64,000 nucleotides of DNA from Escherichia coli. Lineage in GTDB: Bacteria > Pseudomonadota > Gammaproteobacteria > Enterobacterales > Enterobacteriaceae. The notes beneath the pieces are model-generated. The model saw only the letters and a list, made by a program, of their open reading frames with translations, made no database searches and was not told where the DNA came from. Positions 1-11,818 of the stretch are shown here, piece by piece; position 1 is the first letter of the stretch; every line of letters starts with the position of its first letter. The position numbers and the translations under genes were made by a program. Where the stretch lies: the NCBI RefSeq assembly GCF_013315695.1, contig NZ_CP054353.1; one strand, 5' to 3'.

Positions 1-396
1 GTGATCTGGCAGATGCCAGGCTGGTGGATGGGCGCGCCGTGGACAGTGAAAAAATACATTGATGATGTATTCACCGAAGGTCACGGGACGCTGTATGCCA
101 GCGATGGTCGTACCCGCAAAGATCCGTCGAAAAAATACGGCTCCGGCGGCCTGGTACAGGGCAAAAAATATATGCTTTCTCTGACCTGGAACGCACCAAT
201 GGAAGCCTTCACCGAAAAAGATCAGTTCTTCCACGGCGTTGGTGTTGACGGTGTGTACCTGCCGTTCCATAAAGCAAACCAATTCCTTGGCATGGAACCG
301 CTGCCGACATTTATCGCTAATGACGTGATAAAAATGCCTGATGTTCCCCGCTATACTGAAGAATATCGCAAGCATCTTGTGGAAATTTTTGGTTAA
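1..396 (+). CDS. mdaB: NAD(P)H:quinone oxidoreductase MdaB, C-terminal 131 aa; 5' end lies outside the window
   Basis: ORF track frame open from base 1; translation recognised as MdaB C-terminus. Confidence 0.9.
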   Translation: MIWQMPGWWMGAPWTVKKYIDDVFTEGHGTLYASDGRTRKDPSKKYGSGGLVQGKKYMLSLTWNAPMEAFTEKDQFFHGVGVDGVYLPFHKANQFLGMEPLPTFIANDVIKMPDVPRYTEEYRKHLVEIFG

Positions 397-426
397 CTAG
401 AGCTCTGGCTTTAGAAGGAGTTAACC

Positions 427-741
427 ATGATTACAGTAATCGCAGAAATCCGTACTCGTCCTGGTCAACATCACCGTCAGGCAGTGTTGGATCAGTTTGC
501 TAAAATCGTTCCAACCGTACTGAAAGAAGAAGGTTGCCACGGCTATGCGCCAATGGTGGATTGCGCTGCTGGCGTGAGTTTCCAGTCTATGGCACCGGAT
601 TCTATCGTGATGATTGAGCAGTGGGAAAGCATCGCGCATCTTGAAGCGCATCTGCAAACCCCGCACATGAAAGCATATAGCGAAGCCGTAAAAGGTGACG
701 TGCTGGAGATGAATATTCGTATCCTGCAGCCGGGGCTTTGA
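427..741 (+). CDS. ygiN: quinol monooxygenase YgiN (ABM domain)
   Basis: 104 aa ORF, sequence recognised; GGAG-type RBS upstream. Confidence 0.9.
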   Translation: MITVIAEIRTRPGQHHRQAVLDQFAKIVPTVLKEEGCHGYAPMVDCAAGVSFQSMAPDSIVMIEQWESIAHLEAHLQTPHMKAYSEAVKGDVLEMNIRILQPGL

Positions 742-746
742 CATTT

Positions 747-780
747 CTAAAAAGAGGCCGGTGCTGCTACCGGTCTCAGC
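747..780 (-). terminator. rho-independent terminator at the end of the minus-strand transporter operon
   Basis: GC stem gagaccggt/accggcctc followed by a T-run on the minus strand, directly 3' of the regulator stop at 786. Confidence 0.5.
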
Positions 781-785
781 CCAGA

Positions 786-1673
786 TTAGCCATTCTTTCT
801 TCCCGTTTTCAGTCCTCGATGGAAATCGTTAATTCGCTTAATGGTTTTAACCGCACGCTGCGGCACTGCGGAAGCTACCGACCAGACAATCATTTCCAGA
901 CACAACAATACCGTACCATGTAGCGGCGTTTTCCCTTTTTCATCCCCGCGCGGAACATGAATCACGATACTGGCGTCTTTGCTAAAACGTGAATCCAGCG
1001 CGTTTGTCAGCAAAATAACAGGGATCCCCAGCCGCCTCGCCTCACGAAGCGTTGTCAGCCCTTCCCGGTGCGCAGATTTTTGCGCCATCATGATCAGAAC
1101 ATCGCCACGTTGAAGCGCGATCAGTTGCTCGGCAAGGCCAATACCCGTACGGTTTAGTGCCGTGGCAGGCAAACCTATGCGGTTGAATAGTCGTGCGGTA
1201 TAGTCCGCCAGGATACCCGAAGCGCCAATGCCAAAAATAGCGACTTGCCGTGCCTGCACCAACAACGCTACAGCTTGCGCAAGCGCGTGGCGGTTTTCAG
1301 GCTCTGACAGGACATTACAGGTATACAAATGCCCTTCAAGAACAAAGTCGATTGCGGTGTTAACATCGCTCGTCAAGTTACTCACCGTCGTAGACATCTT
1401 TTCGCTGGAACTAAGGGCTGGACCAAGCCACTGTTCCAGAGTGCGTTTCAGATCACGCAGCCCGGCAAACCCCAGGGCCTGTATAGCCCTGATAACAGTG
1501 GCATCGGAAGTGTTCAACGTGGCCGCAATTTCCATCGCCGTTTGCTCGAGTACCACTTCACGATGCTCATTAATGTAGCTGGCGACAGCTCTTAACCCAG
1601 GCGTTAACTGACTCGCGCGAGTGCGAAAACGCTCACCAAAAATATCAACCCGCGCTTTATCTTTCTGGATCAT
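786..1673 (-). CDS. RpiR/MurR-family transcriptional regulator (N-terminal HTH, C-terminal SIS sugar-phosphate-binding domain)
   Basis: 295 aa ORF; HTH region followed by SIS-like glycine-rich motif (VAIFGIGASG); start overlaps upstream gene stop by 4 nt. Confidence 0.8.
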   Translation of the reverse strand: MIQKDKARVDIFGERFRTRASQLTPGLRAVASYINEHREVVLEQTAMEIAATLNTSDATVIRAIQALGFAGLRDLKRTLEQWLGPALSSSEKMSTTVSNLTSDVNTAIDFVLEGHLYTCNVLSEPENRHALAQAVALLVQARQVAIFGIGASGILADYTARLFNRIGLPATALNRTGIGLAEQLIALQRGDVLIMMAQKSAHREGLTTLREARRLGIPVILLTNALDSRFSKDASIVIHVPRGDEKGKTPLHGTVLLCLEMIVWSVASAVPQRAVKTIKRINDFHRGLKTGRKNG

Positions 1674-2617
1674 TTAGCCTCCGGTAGAGGTCGCCCTGCA
1701 ATTTGTGATTGTATCTGCGCAGCCATCAGCCCCAGTGATGCAAAGGAGTTAGAAATTGCCTCTTCACGAGAAATCAGCACATAACGCCCGGAACGACAGG
1801 CAGTCAGAAACTGACACCATCCCGGCATGACTTTTTCCATTGCTGCCAGCTCATCCTGAGGTTTACCACCGGTGTCACCGCGCCAGGTTGCAAAAACAAA
1901 ATCGGCATCCAGTTCAGGTAAACGCTCCGCGCTCACATCCATTCGCCCACCTTCAGGAATGCTCTCAATCAGCGGCGGAAAACGAAAACCAGCATCGCGT
2001 AATACCCGCCCCAGCGAATGATAGCTATGCATCACATTAATTTTTCCCTGGTTTGCCTGAATCACCGATACCGTTATTTTTTGGCTGTCCAGCGTCGCCT
2101 TCAGCGCATTGATTTGTGCCTGATAGCGGCGTTCAAGTATCGCCAGCTGCGACTGCGTTCCTGTAAGTTCTGCCAGCTTGCGATAGATTTCTGGCGCGCC
2201 CCCTTTGAGATGATCAATGCTCACCGTGGGCGCAATTTTTTCAAGTTGTTCAATGGGCGTATTACGGGTCGGTTCTGTGATGATCAAGTCAGGCTTTGCC
2301 GCCACAATCGCTTCAATATCAATATCAGCGGTACCAATAAAGGCGATCGATGAATTATCAAAGTCGACACCTGTCAATAACGCGCCAGATCGAATGAAAT
2401 GGCTACCGTCAGGCCGAGTTCGCCCGTGGCTGGCGACAGGAGGTACACCGAGCTCAATCAGAGGAATAGTGATATCAAGATCGTGTAAAGAGACAATTCT
2501 CTTTGGATGAGCAGGAACAGTGACTTTGCGCCCTAAATCATCAGTAAATACCTGAACAGGTTCTGTTGCACGGGAAAAAAATGACAACAGTATCAGCAGA
2601 GAAAAAAATAAACGCAT
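1670..2617 (-). CDS. periplasmic substrate-binding protein of a siderophore/heme/B12-type (FecB-like) ABC importer
   Basis: ORF 1670..2680; start placed at internal Met preceding a signal peptide (MRLFFSLLILLSFFSRA). Confidence 0.75.
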   Translation of the reverse strand: MRLFFSLLILLSFFSRATEPVQVFTDDLGRKVTVPAHPKRIVSLHDLDITIPLIELGVPPVASHGRTRPDGSHFIRSGALLTGVDFDNSSIAFIGTADIDIEAIVAAKPDLIITEPTRNTPIEQLEKIAPTVSIDHLKGGAPEIYRKLAELTGTQSQLAILERRYQAQINALKATLDSQKITVSVIQANQGKINVMHSYHSLGRVLRDAGFRFPPLIESIPEGGRMDVSAERLPELDADFVFATWRGDTGGKPQDELAAMEKVMPGWCQFLTACRSGRYVLISREEAISNSFASLGLMAAQIQSQIAGRPLPEAK

Positions 2618-2627
2618 ATAACTCCCG

Positions 2628-3677
2628 TTAAAAACTGTTCCTGCGCTGCCAGAGCAGTAGCAAAAAAAATGGTCCACCAATCAGTGAGATAATGATTCCG
2701 GCAGGCAGTTGCAAAGGCAAAAAAGCCAAACGACCAATGCTATCCGCCAGAATAACTAACAACGCCCCCGATACCGCACTCCCCAGCAGTAATGTCGTCT
2801 GCCCGCCACGTAGAATAAAACGTGATATATGGGGTGCTATCAATCCGACAAAACCGATGTTACCAACACACGAAACGCAGACGGCTGTCAGGATTATGGG
2901 TGCGGCGACACGTAACAACGCCAGACGAGAACTATTCACCCCTAACCCGGTTGCAACCTGATGACCAAGCAGAGCGATATCCGCCGTCCTGGCGGTGAAC
3001 AGCAATAAAAGAGCGGCTGGCAACATCCAACAGGCTGAAATACCGACTAACATCCAGTTAGCTGCATGCAGGCTTCCCGATAACCACATCAATGCAGTTT
3101 GTACATCTCGAACATCTGCAGTGGTCATAAATACACCGATACCGGCGGCGAAAAACCAAGAAACACCAATACCAATCAGAACAAATCGCGGGCGGGAAAT
3201 ATCGCGCGCACAAAAAATCACGATTAAAGCCACCAACAGGCCACCAGCAAGACCAGCCACTGGACGCCAGAACACTCCCAGCATTGGAAACTGGAAAATC
3301 AGCCACAGCACAGCCACGCTACATCCTTCTTTGACGCCGATTAACCCAGGATCGGCAAGGCCGTTACGTGCAATGGATTGCATTGCGGCCCCTGCCATAC
3401 CTAACATGGCCCCGCATAGCAATGCCATGATGACTCTCGGCAAGCGAATATCCTGCACAATATAACGTGCGTCTGTGCTTACGTTTTCTGGAGCAAACAA
3501 CGCTCGTCCTACTTCCGATGCCGGAACAGAGAAAGAACCCTGCATCAGACCGAATATCAGTATTCCAACCGCAAACAGAAACAGCCCACCAAGCAACAGC
3601 AGATTTTTAGGGCGTACCAGTGTCGAAAACTTACCAACACGTAGTGGGCGTAGCCCGACGTTCATTATCCGACTCAT
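2628..3677 (-). CDS. ABC importer permease, FecCD family
   Basis: 349 aa polytopic membrane ORF with FecCD-like sequence. Confidence 0.8.
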   Translation of the reverse strand: MSRIMNVGLRPLRVGKFSTLVRPKNLLLLGGLFLFAVGILIFGLMQGSFSVPASEVGRALFAPENVSTDARYIVQDIRLPRVIMALLCGAMLGMAGAAMQSIARNGLADPGLIGVKEGCSVAVLWLIFQFPMLGVFWRPVAGLAGGLLVALIVIFCARDISRPRFVLIGIGVSWFFAAGIGVFMTTADVRDVQTALMWLSGSLHAANWMLVGISACWMLPAALLLLFTARTADIALLGHQVATGLGVNSSRLALLRVAAPIILTAVCVSCVGNIGFVGLIAPHISRFILRGGQTTLLLGSAVSGALLVILADSIGRLAFLPLQLPAGIIISLIGGPFFLLLLWQRRNSF

Positions 3678-4657
3678 TTGAACATCCTCGTCGCCATAAT
3701 GACAAAAACAGGCGCACCAACTAACGCCGTCATGACACCGGTCGCTAATTCATGGGGCGTGAAAAGCGTACGGGCAATAATATCTGCCAGTAATAACAAA
3801 AGTGCGCCGACACAAGCTGAAAGAGGGAGCAGAACGCGCAGATCCGCTGATACCAGGCGCCGGACAATCTGCGGTACTAGCAGGCCGACAAAACCAATGG
3901 GGCCAGCAATCGATACGGCTGCGCCACAGAGCAACGCGATCGCAAGCAGGGTGAATGTTCGCGTGCGGAGTACAGAGACGCCCAGCCCCTGCGCCATGCG
4001 ATCGCCCAGTGCCAACATGTTAAGGGAGGGTGCAAGGTAAAGGGCTAACACAAATCCCCCCAGAGAAAACCAGGCGGACGTACCCAGCGTCGCCCAATCC
4101 TGCCCCGCTAAATCACCTGCTAGCCATGTCCGCATCGCCAGCAGTGTTTGTTCGTCAAGAATCAGGATTGCAGCCGTTATTGAGGACACGAACGCCGATA
4201 GCGCCACGCCGCATAAAGTAACTTTCATTGGCGTTAACCCTGAACGCCCTGCGGAGGAAAGCAGCAATATCAACAGGAACAATAACGCGCCGCCCGTAGA
4301 TGCCAGCAGTGGGCGTCCAACCGGAAAGGCCAGCCCAAGCGCACTGGCAGCAACGACAGCAAGAGCGGCTCCGGCATTTAAGCCTAAAATATGTGGCTCC
4401 CCCAATGGGTTACGAATGACAGCCTGCAACAAAGCACCAGCAACTCCAAGAGAAGCACCGGTAAGCAATGCTGCCGCTAAACGCGGCAAACGGAGTCTTA
4501 CAATTACGTTGTGATCGAAGTTTTGCGGTTCAAAATGAAGAAATGCCTGCAATACCGTTTGTGGTGCAATAAATCGGGCACCAATCCCTGGATATACCAC
4601 GCATCCCACCAGCAGTAAGGCGAGGAAAATTACAGTAACCAGCCCTGTGCGCATCAT
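3674..4657 (-). CDS. ABC importer permease, FecCD family
   Basis: 327 aa polytopic membrane ORF; 4-nt overlaps with both neighbours. Confidence 0.8.
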   Translation of the reverse strand: MMRTGLVTVIFLALLLVGCVVYPGIGARFIAPQTVLQAFLHFEPQNFDHNVIVRLRLPRLAAALLTGASLGVAGALLQAVIRNPLGEPHILGLNAGAALAVVAASALGLAFPVGRPLLASTGGALLFLLILLLSSAGRSGLTPMKVTLCGVALSAFVSSITAAILILDEQTLLAMRTWLAGDLAGQDWATLGTSAWFSLGGFVLALYLAPSLNMLALGDRMAQGLGVSVLRTRTFTLLAIALLCGAAVSIAGPIGFVGLLVPQIVRRLVSADLRVLLPLSACVGALLLLLADIIARTLFTPHELATGVMTALVGAPVFVIMATRMFK

Positions 4658-5463
4658 ACTTTTTCTACACCACGAAACGGCATGAAGAACGGCTTTCCCG
4701 TCAGAGGATTTATTGATGCGTGAACATCAACGTCAAAGACAGCTTTTACCAGCTCAGGCGTGCAATGCTCCCCCTCATTCAACACACGCACCACTTTCCC
4801 CTGGCGTAAAAATATCAACGTATCGCCATAATTGACGGCAAAATTCAGATCATGCAACACCACGACGACTGTACGCCCGTGATGACGTGTTAAATCATGT
4901 AATAACTCAAGAATTTCAACCTGATAACGTAAATCAAGCCAGGTTGTGGGTTCATCCAGCAGGATATAAGGCGTCTTTTGCGCCAACACCATCGCAATCC
5001 AGCAACGCTGACGCTGCCCGCCAGAGAGTTTTTCAACAGGTAAATGTGCAAACTCCTGCGTACCCGTTAATTTCAGGGCCTCTTCTACCGCCAGCTCATC
5101 GGCGTCGCTCCATTGACGAATGAAATTCTGCCAGGGAAAACGCCCACGCGACACCAGTTCATAAACGGTTAAGCCCTCCGGCAATAATGGCGACTGCGGC
5201 AAGATCCCAAGTCTACGGGATAACGCTTTCGTTGGTTGCTCGTGAATCGCTTTGCCATCAAGCAATATCGAACCGCCCATGGGTTGCAAGATACGTGCAA
5301 TGGTGCTGAGCAACGTCGACTTTCCACAGCCGTTTGCCCCAACCAGAACGGTCATTTTTTCTGTGGGAACGGAGAAAGAAACACCATCAACAATGATCTT
5401 CTTGTGATACCCGGCAGAAACATTGTCGAGGATCAGCCCCTGCCCTTTTGCGTTATGTGCCAC
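4654..5463 (-). CDS. ABC importer ATP-binding protein (FecE-like)
   Basis: Walker A GANGCGKST, ABC signature LSGGQRQR, Walker B ILLDEPT. Confidence 0.85.
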   Translation of the reverse strand: MAHNAKGQGLILDNVSAGYHKKIIVDGVSFSVPTEKMTVLVGANGCGKSTLLSTIARILQPMGGSILLDGKAIHEQPTKALSRRLGILPQSPLLPEGLTVYELVSRGRFPWQNFIRQWSDADELAVEEALKLTGTQEFAHLPVEKLSGGQRQRCWIAMVLAQKTPYILLDEPTTWLDLRYQVEILELLHDLTRHHGRTVVVVLHDLNFAVNYGDTLIFLRQGKVVRVLNEGEHCTPELVKAVFDVDVHASINPLTGKPFFMPFRGVEKV

Positions 5464-5469
5464 GTGTAC

Positions 5470-5836
5470 GCCAACTTAATCAAAGACAAACAAAAATAAA
5501 ACTCATTCTCCTTTGAGAGTTTGACGCCACAAAATGTAGTAGTCAAGCAGTTAAAAGCCACACAAAAACAAGGTAAATAACAGGTAAAATATTTTTGCAC
5601 ATAAAAATAAAAACATTAAATATCAATAATTTAAAAGCAATCAAATTGTATAAACTTTTCATAAAAACACATGTAGCAATTTTTTGTTATTTCTCATTTA
5701 CTACTACATTACTGCGTGATTGAATGATTCTCAATTACATATCCGATGGCGAAATAACAAACGGATAGTGCTTAGTGAGCAATAAGAAACAATTTTCACT
5801 CGCGACAATCCGCGAGTTTTTGGGATAACAGACTAA
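5470..5836. promoter_or_regulatory. AT-rich divergent promoter region between the ABC operon and the receptor gene; weak Fur-box-like motif near 5717-5738
   Basis: about 370 bp of AT-rich sequence between divergent starts; tgattgaatgattctcaattac resembles the Fur consensus only partially. Confidence 0.3.
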
Positions 5837-7978
5837 ATGGCTATGTTCACACCTTCATTCTCAGGACTCAAAGGTCGGGCGCTCTTTTCACTGCTTTTTG
5901 CGGCACCGATGATTCATGCAACAGACTCTGTAACGACCAAAGATGGCGAAACAATCACTGTTACAGCAGATGCAAATACCGCAACTGAGGCAACCGATGG
6001 TTATCAACCTCTGAGCACCTCTACGGCGACATTAACCGATATGCCGATGCTGGATATCCCGCAGGTGGTCAATACGGTTAGCGATCAGGTTCTGGAAAAC
6101 CAGAATGCGACAACGCTGGATGAGGCGCTTTATAACGTCAGTAACGTGGTACAGACCAATACATTAGGCGGGACTCAGGATGCTTTTGTACGCCGTGGGT
6201 TTGGCGCAAACCGGGATGGCTCCATCATGACCAACGGCCTGCGAACTGTACTTCCTCGCAGTTTCAACGCCGCCACAGAACGTGTGGAAGTGCTAAAAGG
6301 TCCGGCCTCCACGCTGTATGGCATTCTCGATCCTGGTGGATTGATTAACGTCGTGACCAAGCGCCCGGAAAAAACATTCCATGGTTCTGTCTCAGCCACG
6401 TCCTCCAGTTTTGGCGGAGGCACTGGGCAACTTGATATCACAGGTCCCATTGAAGGCACTCAGCTGGCATACCGCCTGACGGGGGAAGTGCAGGATGAAG
6501 ATTACTGGCGAAACTTCGGTAAAGAGCGCAGTACATTTATTGCCCCGTCACTCACCTGGTTTGGTGATAATGCAACAGTAACCATGCTCTATTCCCATCG
6601 GGACTATAAAACTCCGTTCGATCGTGGAACGATTTTCGACCTTACGACGAAACAGCCCGTAAACGTTGATCGAAAAATACGTTTTGACGAACCGTTTAAT
6701 ATTACAGATGGTCAGTCCGATCTGGCGCAACTCAACGCAGAATATCATCTCAATAGCCAGTGGACAGCGCGCTTTGATTACAGCTACAGCCAGGATAAAT
6801 ACAGCGACAATCAGGCTCGCGTTACCGCGTATGATGCAACGACAGGAACGCTGACACGGCGTGTTGATGCAACTCAGGGATCTACCCAGCGTATGCATTC
6901 TACTCGTGCGGATCTGCAAGGGAATGCTGATATTGCTGGGTTCTATAATGAGATTCTGGGTGGGGTGTCATATGAATATTATGATCTTCTGCGCACAGAT
7001 ATGATTCGCTGTAAAAACGCTAAAGATTTCAATATCTACAACCCCGTTTATGGCAATACCAGCAAATGCACAACGGTTTCGGCGTCGGACAGTGATCAGA
7101 CGATCAAACAGGAGAGCTACTCAGCGTATGCACAGGACGCGCTCTATCTGACCGATAACTGGATTGCCGTCGCCGGGATCCGCTATCAGTATTACACGCA
7201 GTATGCGGGTAAAGGCCGTCCTTTTAATGTCAATACTGACAGCCGCGATGAACAATGGACGCCCAAACTGGGGTTAGTCTACAAACTGACGCCATCGGTA
7301 TCCTTATTTGCCAATTATTCGCAAACATTTATGCCGCAGTCGTCAATTGCCAGCTACATTGGCGATCTTCCACCGGAATCATCTAATGCTTACGAAGTCG
7401 GGGCAAAATTCGAGCTATTCGATGGTATCACCGCAGATATTGCGCTGTTTGATATCCATAAACGTAACGTGTTGTATACCGAAAGTATTGGTGATGAAAC
7501 CATTGCCAAAACGGCAGGCCGTGTTCGTTCAAGAGGGGTAGAAGTCGACCTTGCGGGAGCATTAACTGAAAACATTAATATCATTGCCAGCTACGGCTAT
7601 ACCGATGCTAAGGTTCTGGAGGATCCTGATTATGCAGGGAAACCATTGCCGAATGTTCCTCGTCATACCGGTTCGCTATTCCTGACTTATGACATTCATA
7701 ACATGCCTGGCAATAACACACTGACGTTTGGCGGTGGTGGACATGGCGTAAGCCGTCGTTCGGCAACCAATGGGGCTGACTATTATCTGCCAGGCTATTT
7801 CGTTGCCGATGCCTTCGCTGCATACAAAATGAAATTGCAGTATCCGGTCACACTGCAATTAAACGTCAAAAACCTGTTTGATAAAACGTATTACACCTCT
7901 TCCATCGCCACAAATAATCTGGGGAATCAGATTGGCGATCCGCGTGAAGTGCAATTCACGGTGAAAATGGAATTTTGA
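5837..7978 (+). CDS. TonB-dependent outer-membrane receptor
   Basis: 713 aa; signal peptide, TonB-box-like ETITVTA, plug and barrel motifs, C-terminal Phe. Confidence 0.85.
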   Translation: MAMFTPSFSGLKGRALFSLLFAAPMIHATDSVTTKDGETITVTADANTATEATDGYQPLSTSTATLTDMPMLDIPQVVNTVSDQVLENQNATTLDEALYNVSNVVQTNTLGGTQDAFVRRGFGANRDGSIMTNGLRTVLPRSFNAATERVEVLKGPASTLYGILDPGGLINVVTKRPEKTFHGSVSATSSSFGGGTGQLDITGPIEGTQLAYRLTGEVQDEDYWRNFGKERSTFIAPSLTWFGDNATVTMLYSHRDYKTPFDRGTIFDLTTKQPVNVDRKIRFDEPFNITDGQSDLAQLNAEYHLNSQWTARFDYSYSQDKYSDNQARVTAYDATTGTLTRRVDATQGSTQRMHSTRADLQGNADIAGFYNEILGGVSYEYYDLLRTDMIRCKNAKDFNIYNPVYGNTSKCTTVSASDSDQTIKQESYSAYAQDALYLTDNWIAVAGIRYQYYTQYAGKGRPFNVNTDSRDEQWTPKLGLVYKLTPSVSLFANYSQTFMPQSSIASYIGDLPPESSNAYEVGAKFELFDGITADIALFDIHKRNVLYTESIGDETIAKTAGRVRSRGVEVDLAGALTENINIIASYGYTDAKVLEDPDYAGKPLPNVPRHTGSLFLTYDIHNMPGNNTLTFGGGGHGVSRRSATNGADYYLPGYFVADAFAAYKMKLQYPVTLQLNVKNLFDKTYYTSSIATNNLGNQIGDPREVQFTVKMEF

Positions 7979-7980
7979 TC

Positions 7981-8022
7981 AAAAAAGCCCGGTATACACT
8001 TGTATACCGGGCTATTTTTTAT
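7981..8022. terminator. bidirectional rho-independent terminator shared by the receptor gene and parE
   Basis: stem agcccggtataca/tataccgggct flanked by A-run and T-run. Confidence 0.6.
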
Positions 8023-8041
8023 TCTTCTGGCGGGAGGATTA

Positions 8042-9937
<1,896 letters not shown>

Positions 9938-9962
9938 TTAAGTTAGCAATTCGAGTTGATCG

Positions 9963-10544
9963 TCAGAGATGGTGCAGACCAAGAAAATCGACGATCGGGT
10001 TGAAATAATCTTCGAAGCCCGTGAATGCGTGGTTGCCGCCTTCTATGACAGTCTGGCGGCAGGAAGCGTAGTACGCCACCGCCTGGCGGTAATCCAGCAC
10101 TTCATCTCCCGTCTGTTGCAGCAGCCAGATCAAATCCGGCGCTTCCAGCGGGTCAATCTGCATGACTTTGAGATCGTAAATATGGCGTGACTCTAGCACA
10201 TATTGCTGCCCGGTGTAGGGGTTCTCGTTCTGACCGAGATAGTCCGTCAGCAGTTCAAACGGGCGCACCGCCGGGTTGACCACCACTGCGGGCAGCATAA
10301 AACATTGCGACAACCAGGTGGCGTAATATCCCCCCAGTGACGAACCGACAATACCCAGCGAATCGCCGCCATGTTCCAGGACAATGGATTCCAGCAGTTC
10401 TGCCGCGTCAGAAGGATACGGCGGCAACTGCGGAATGATCATCTCTACGTCAGGGTGATGTTCCGCCAACCAGTTTTTTAACAAGCTCGCTTTTGCAGAG
10501 CGCGGCGAGCTGTTGAAACCGTGTAAATAAAGAAGCGTAGACAT
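9963..10544 (-). CDS. yqiA: esterase YqiA
   Basis: 193 aa ORF, sequence recognised. Confidence 0.85.
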   Translation of the reverse strand: MSTLLYLHGFNSSPRSAKASLLKNWLAEHHPDVEMIIPQLPPYPSDAAELLESIVLEHGGDSLGIVGSSLGGYYATWLSQCFMLPAVVVNPAVRPFELLTDYLGQNENPYTGQQYVLESRHIYDLKVMQIDPLEAPDLIWLLQQTGDEVLDYRQAVAYYASCRQTVIEGGNHAFTGFEDYFNPIVDFLGLHHL

Positions 10545-11371
10545 CAGTAGCCTTCTGAAGCGGTATCAGGTTGGAAACGTGTGTCCGCCAGGCGATGCAC
10601 CTCGGTGGTCAGCGTGCCATCAGCATGTAACTCGAGAGTACGCCAGCCGGGCGCGATGGTGTCCAGCGTAAAGTTAGAACAGTGCGGCTTAAACTGCACA
10701 CAGGTCGACGGCGTTGCCAGCAGGCGGCGACCGTTCCAGTCGAGATCCAGCTCCTGATGAATATGACCGCACAGCAAGTATTTGACGTGCGGAAACTTCG
10801 CCAGCACGGTATCCAGTTCGCCCGCGTTACGCAGGCTGTGTTGATCAAGCCAACTACAACCCGCAGGTAGCGGATGATGATGCAGCAGCAGCAACGTATG
10901 GCGTTCTGGCGCATCGGCCAGTTTACGTTCCAGCCACTCAAGCTGAAACTCGCTCAGCTCACCGTGCGGCACGCCAAACACCTGGCTATCCAGCAACAGG
11001 ATTTGCCATTGCTCACCAATAAACACCCGCTTCGCCGGGGAGATACCCGCATCCTGTAACGCGCTGTACATCGCGGGCTGGAAATCGTGGTTGCCCGGCA
11101 GCCAGACGCAGGGCGCACGAAAACTTGCGATGCCTTCAGCGAAATGCTGATAGGCCGCAGAGGATTGATCCTGCGCTAAATCACCTGTCGCGACAATCAG
11201 GTCGAATTCGTGCTGGTGTGGCCGAATCGCCTCCAGCACCGCCTGGTAGCTTTCCCAGGTGTTTACCCCTAACAGGGCTTCGTGCTTTTGCGCAAACAGG
11301 TGAGTGTCGGTAATTTGTAAAATCCTGACTCTGGCCTCACCAGCCAGAGGAAGGGTTAACAGGCTTTCCAA
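10544..11371 (-). CDS. cpdA: 3',5'-cAMP phosphodiesterase
   Basis: 275 aa metallophosphoesterase (GDLAQD, GNHD motifs). Confidence 0.9.
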   Translation of the reverse strand: MESLLTLPLAGEARVRILQITDTHLFAQKHEALLGVNTWESYQAVLEAIRPHQHEFDLIVATGDLAQDQSSAAYQHFAEGIASFRAPCVWLPGNHDFQPAMYSALQDAGISPAKRVFIGEQWQILLLDSQVFGVPHGELSEFQLEWLERKLADAPERHTLLLLHHHPLPAGCSWLDQHSLRNAGELDTVLAKFPHVKYLLCGHIHQELDLDWNGRRLLATPSTCVQFKPHCSNFTLDTIAPGWRTLELHADGTLTTEVHRLADTRFQPDTASEGY

Positions 11372-11395
11372 ATGGTGTCCTTAGGTTTCACGACG

Positions 11396-11818
11396 CTAAT
11401 AAACCGGAATCGCCATCGCTCCATGTGCTAAACAGTATCGCAACCAGTCCGCTAAAAACTGATTAATTTGATGCTTTTCGTCGCGTTGATGCAACTTTTT
11501 ATTAGGATAATCATACCGCGCTTTGAAGCGAAAAATCTGCTGGCTTGAACACACTTCAGCCACCATCGCGTCATGATACAGACGCACCGTCATTGACGGA
11601 AGGCTCCAGTAACTGATCGCGGGCGCAGTCTGTTCTATTGTCACCAGGGTAGTGTATCGGGTCGATTCCACAATCGTCAGCCGATATTGTGCGTTTGCCA
11701 CCTGATAGCTTACAGTTTCGCCGGGTGCGTCATTGCGCGGTAACAAACGGCGCAATTGTGAAAAGTTCATCTCGCACAGGCGCATCATTTCAGGAAAGTC
11801 AGGTGTGTAACGCTTCAT
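11396..11818 (-). CDS. yqiB: DUF1249 protein YqiB
   Basis: 140 aa ORF in conserved position. Confidence 0.8.

Noticed and set aside
738-923. 61 aa plus-strand ORF after ygiN
   Set aside because: Lies over the terminator and is antisense to the 3' end of the RpiR regulator gene; no RBS.
786-7978. Possibility that the TonB/ABC cluster is a classical mobile pathogenicity island
   Set aside because: No integrase, transposase, tRNA attachment site or flanking direct repeats are visible; boundaries coincide with terminator hairpins, so it is better described as an anciently fixed cassette.
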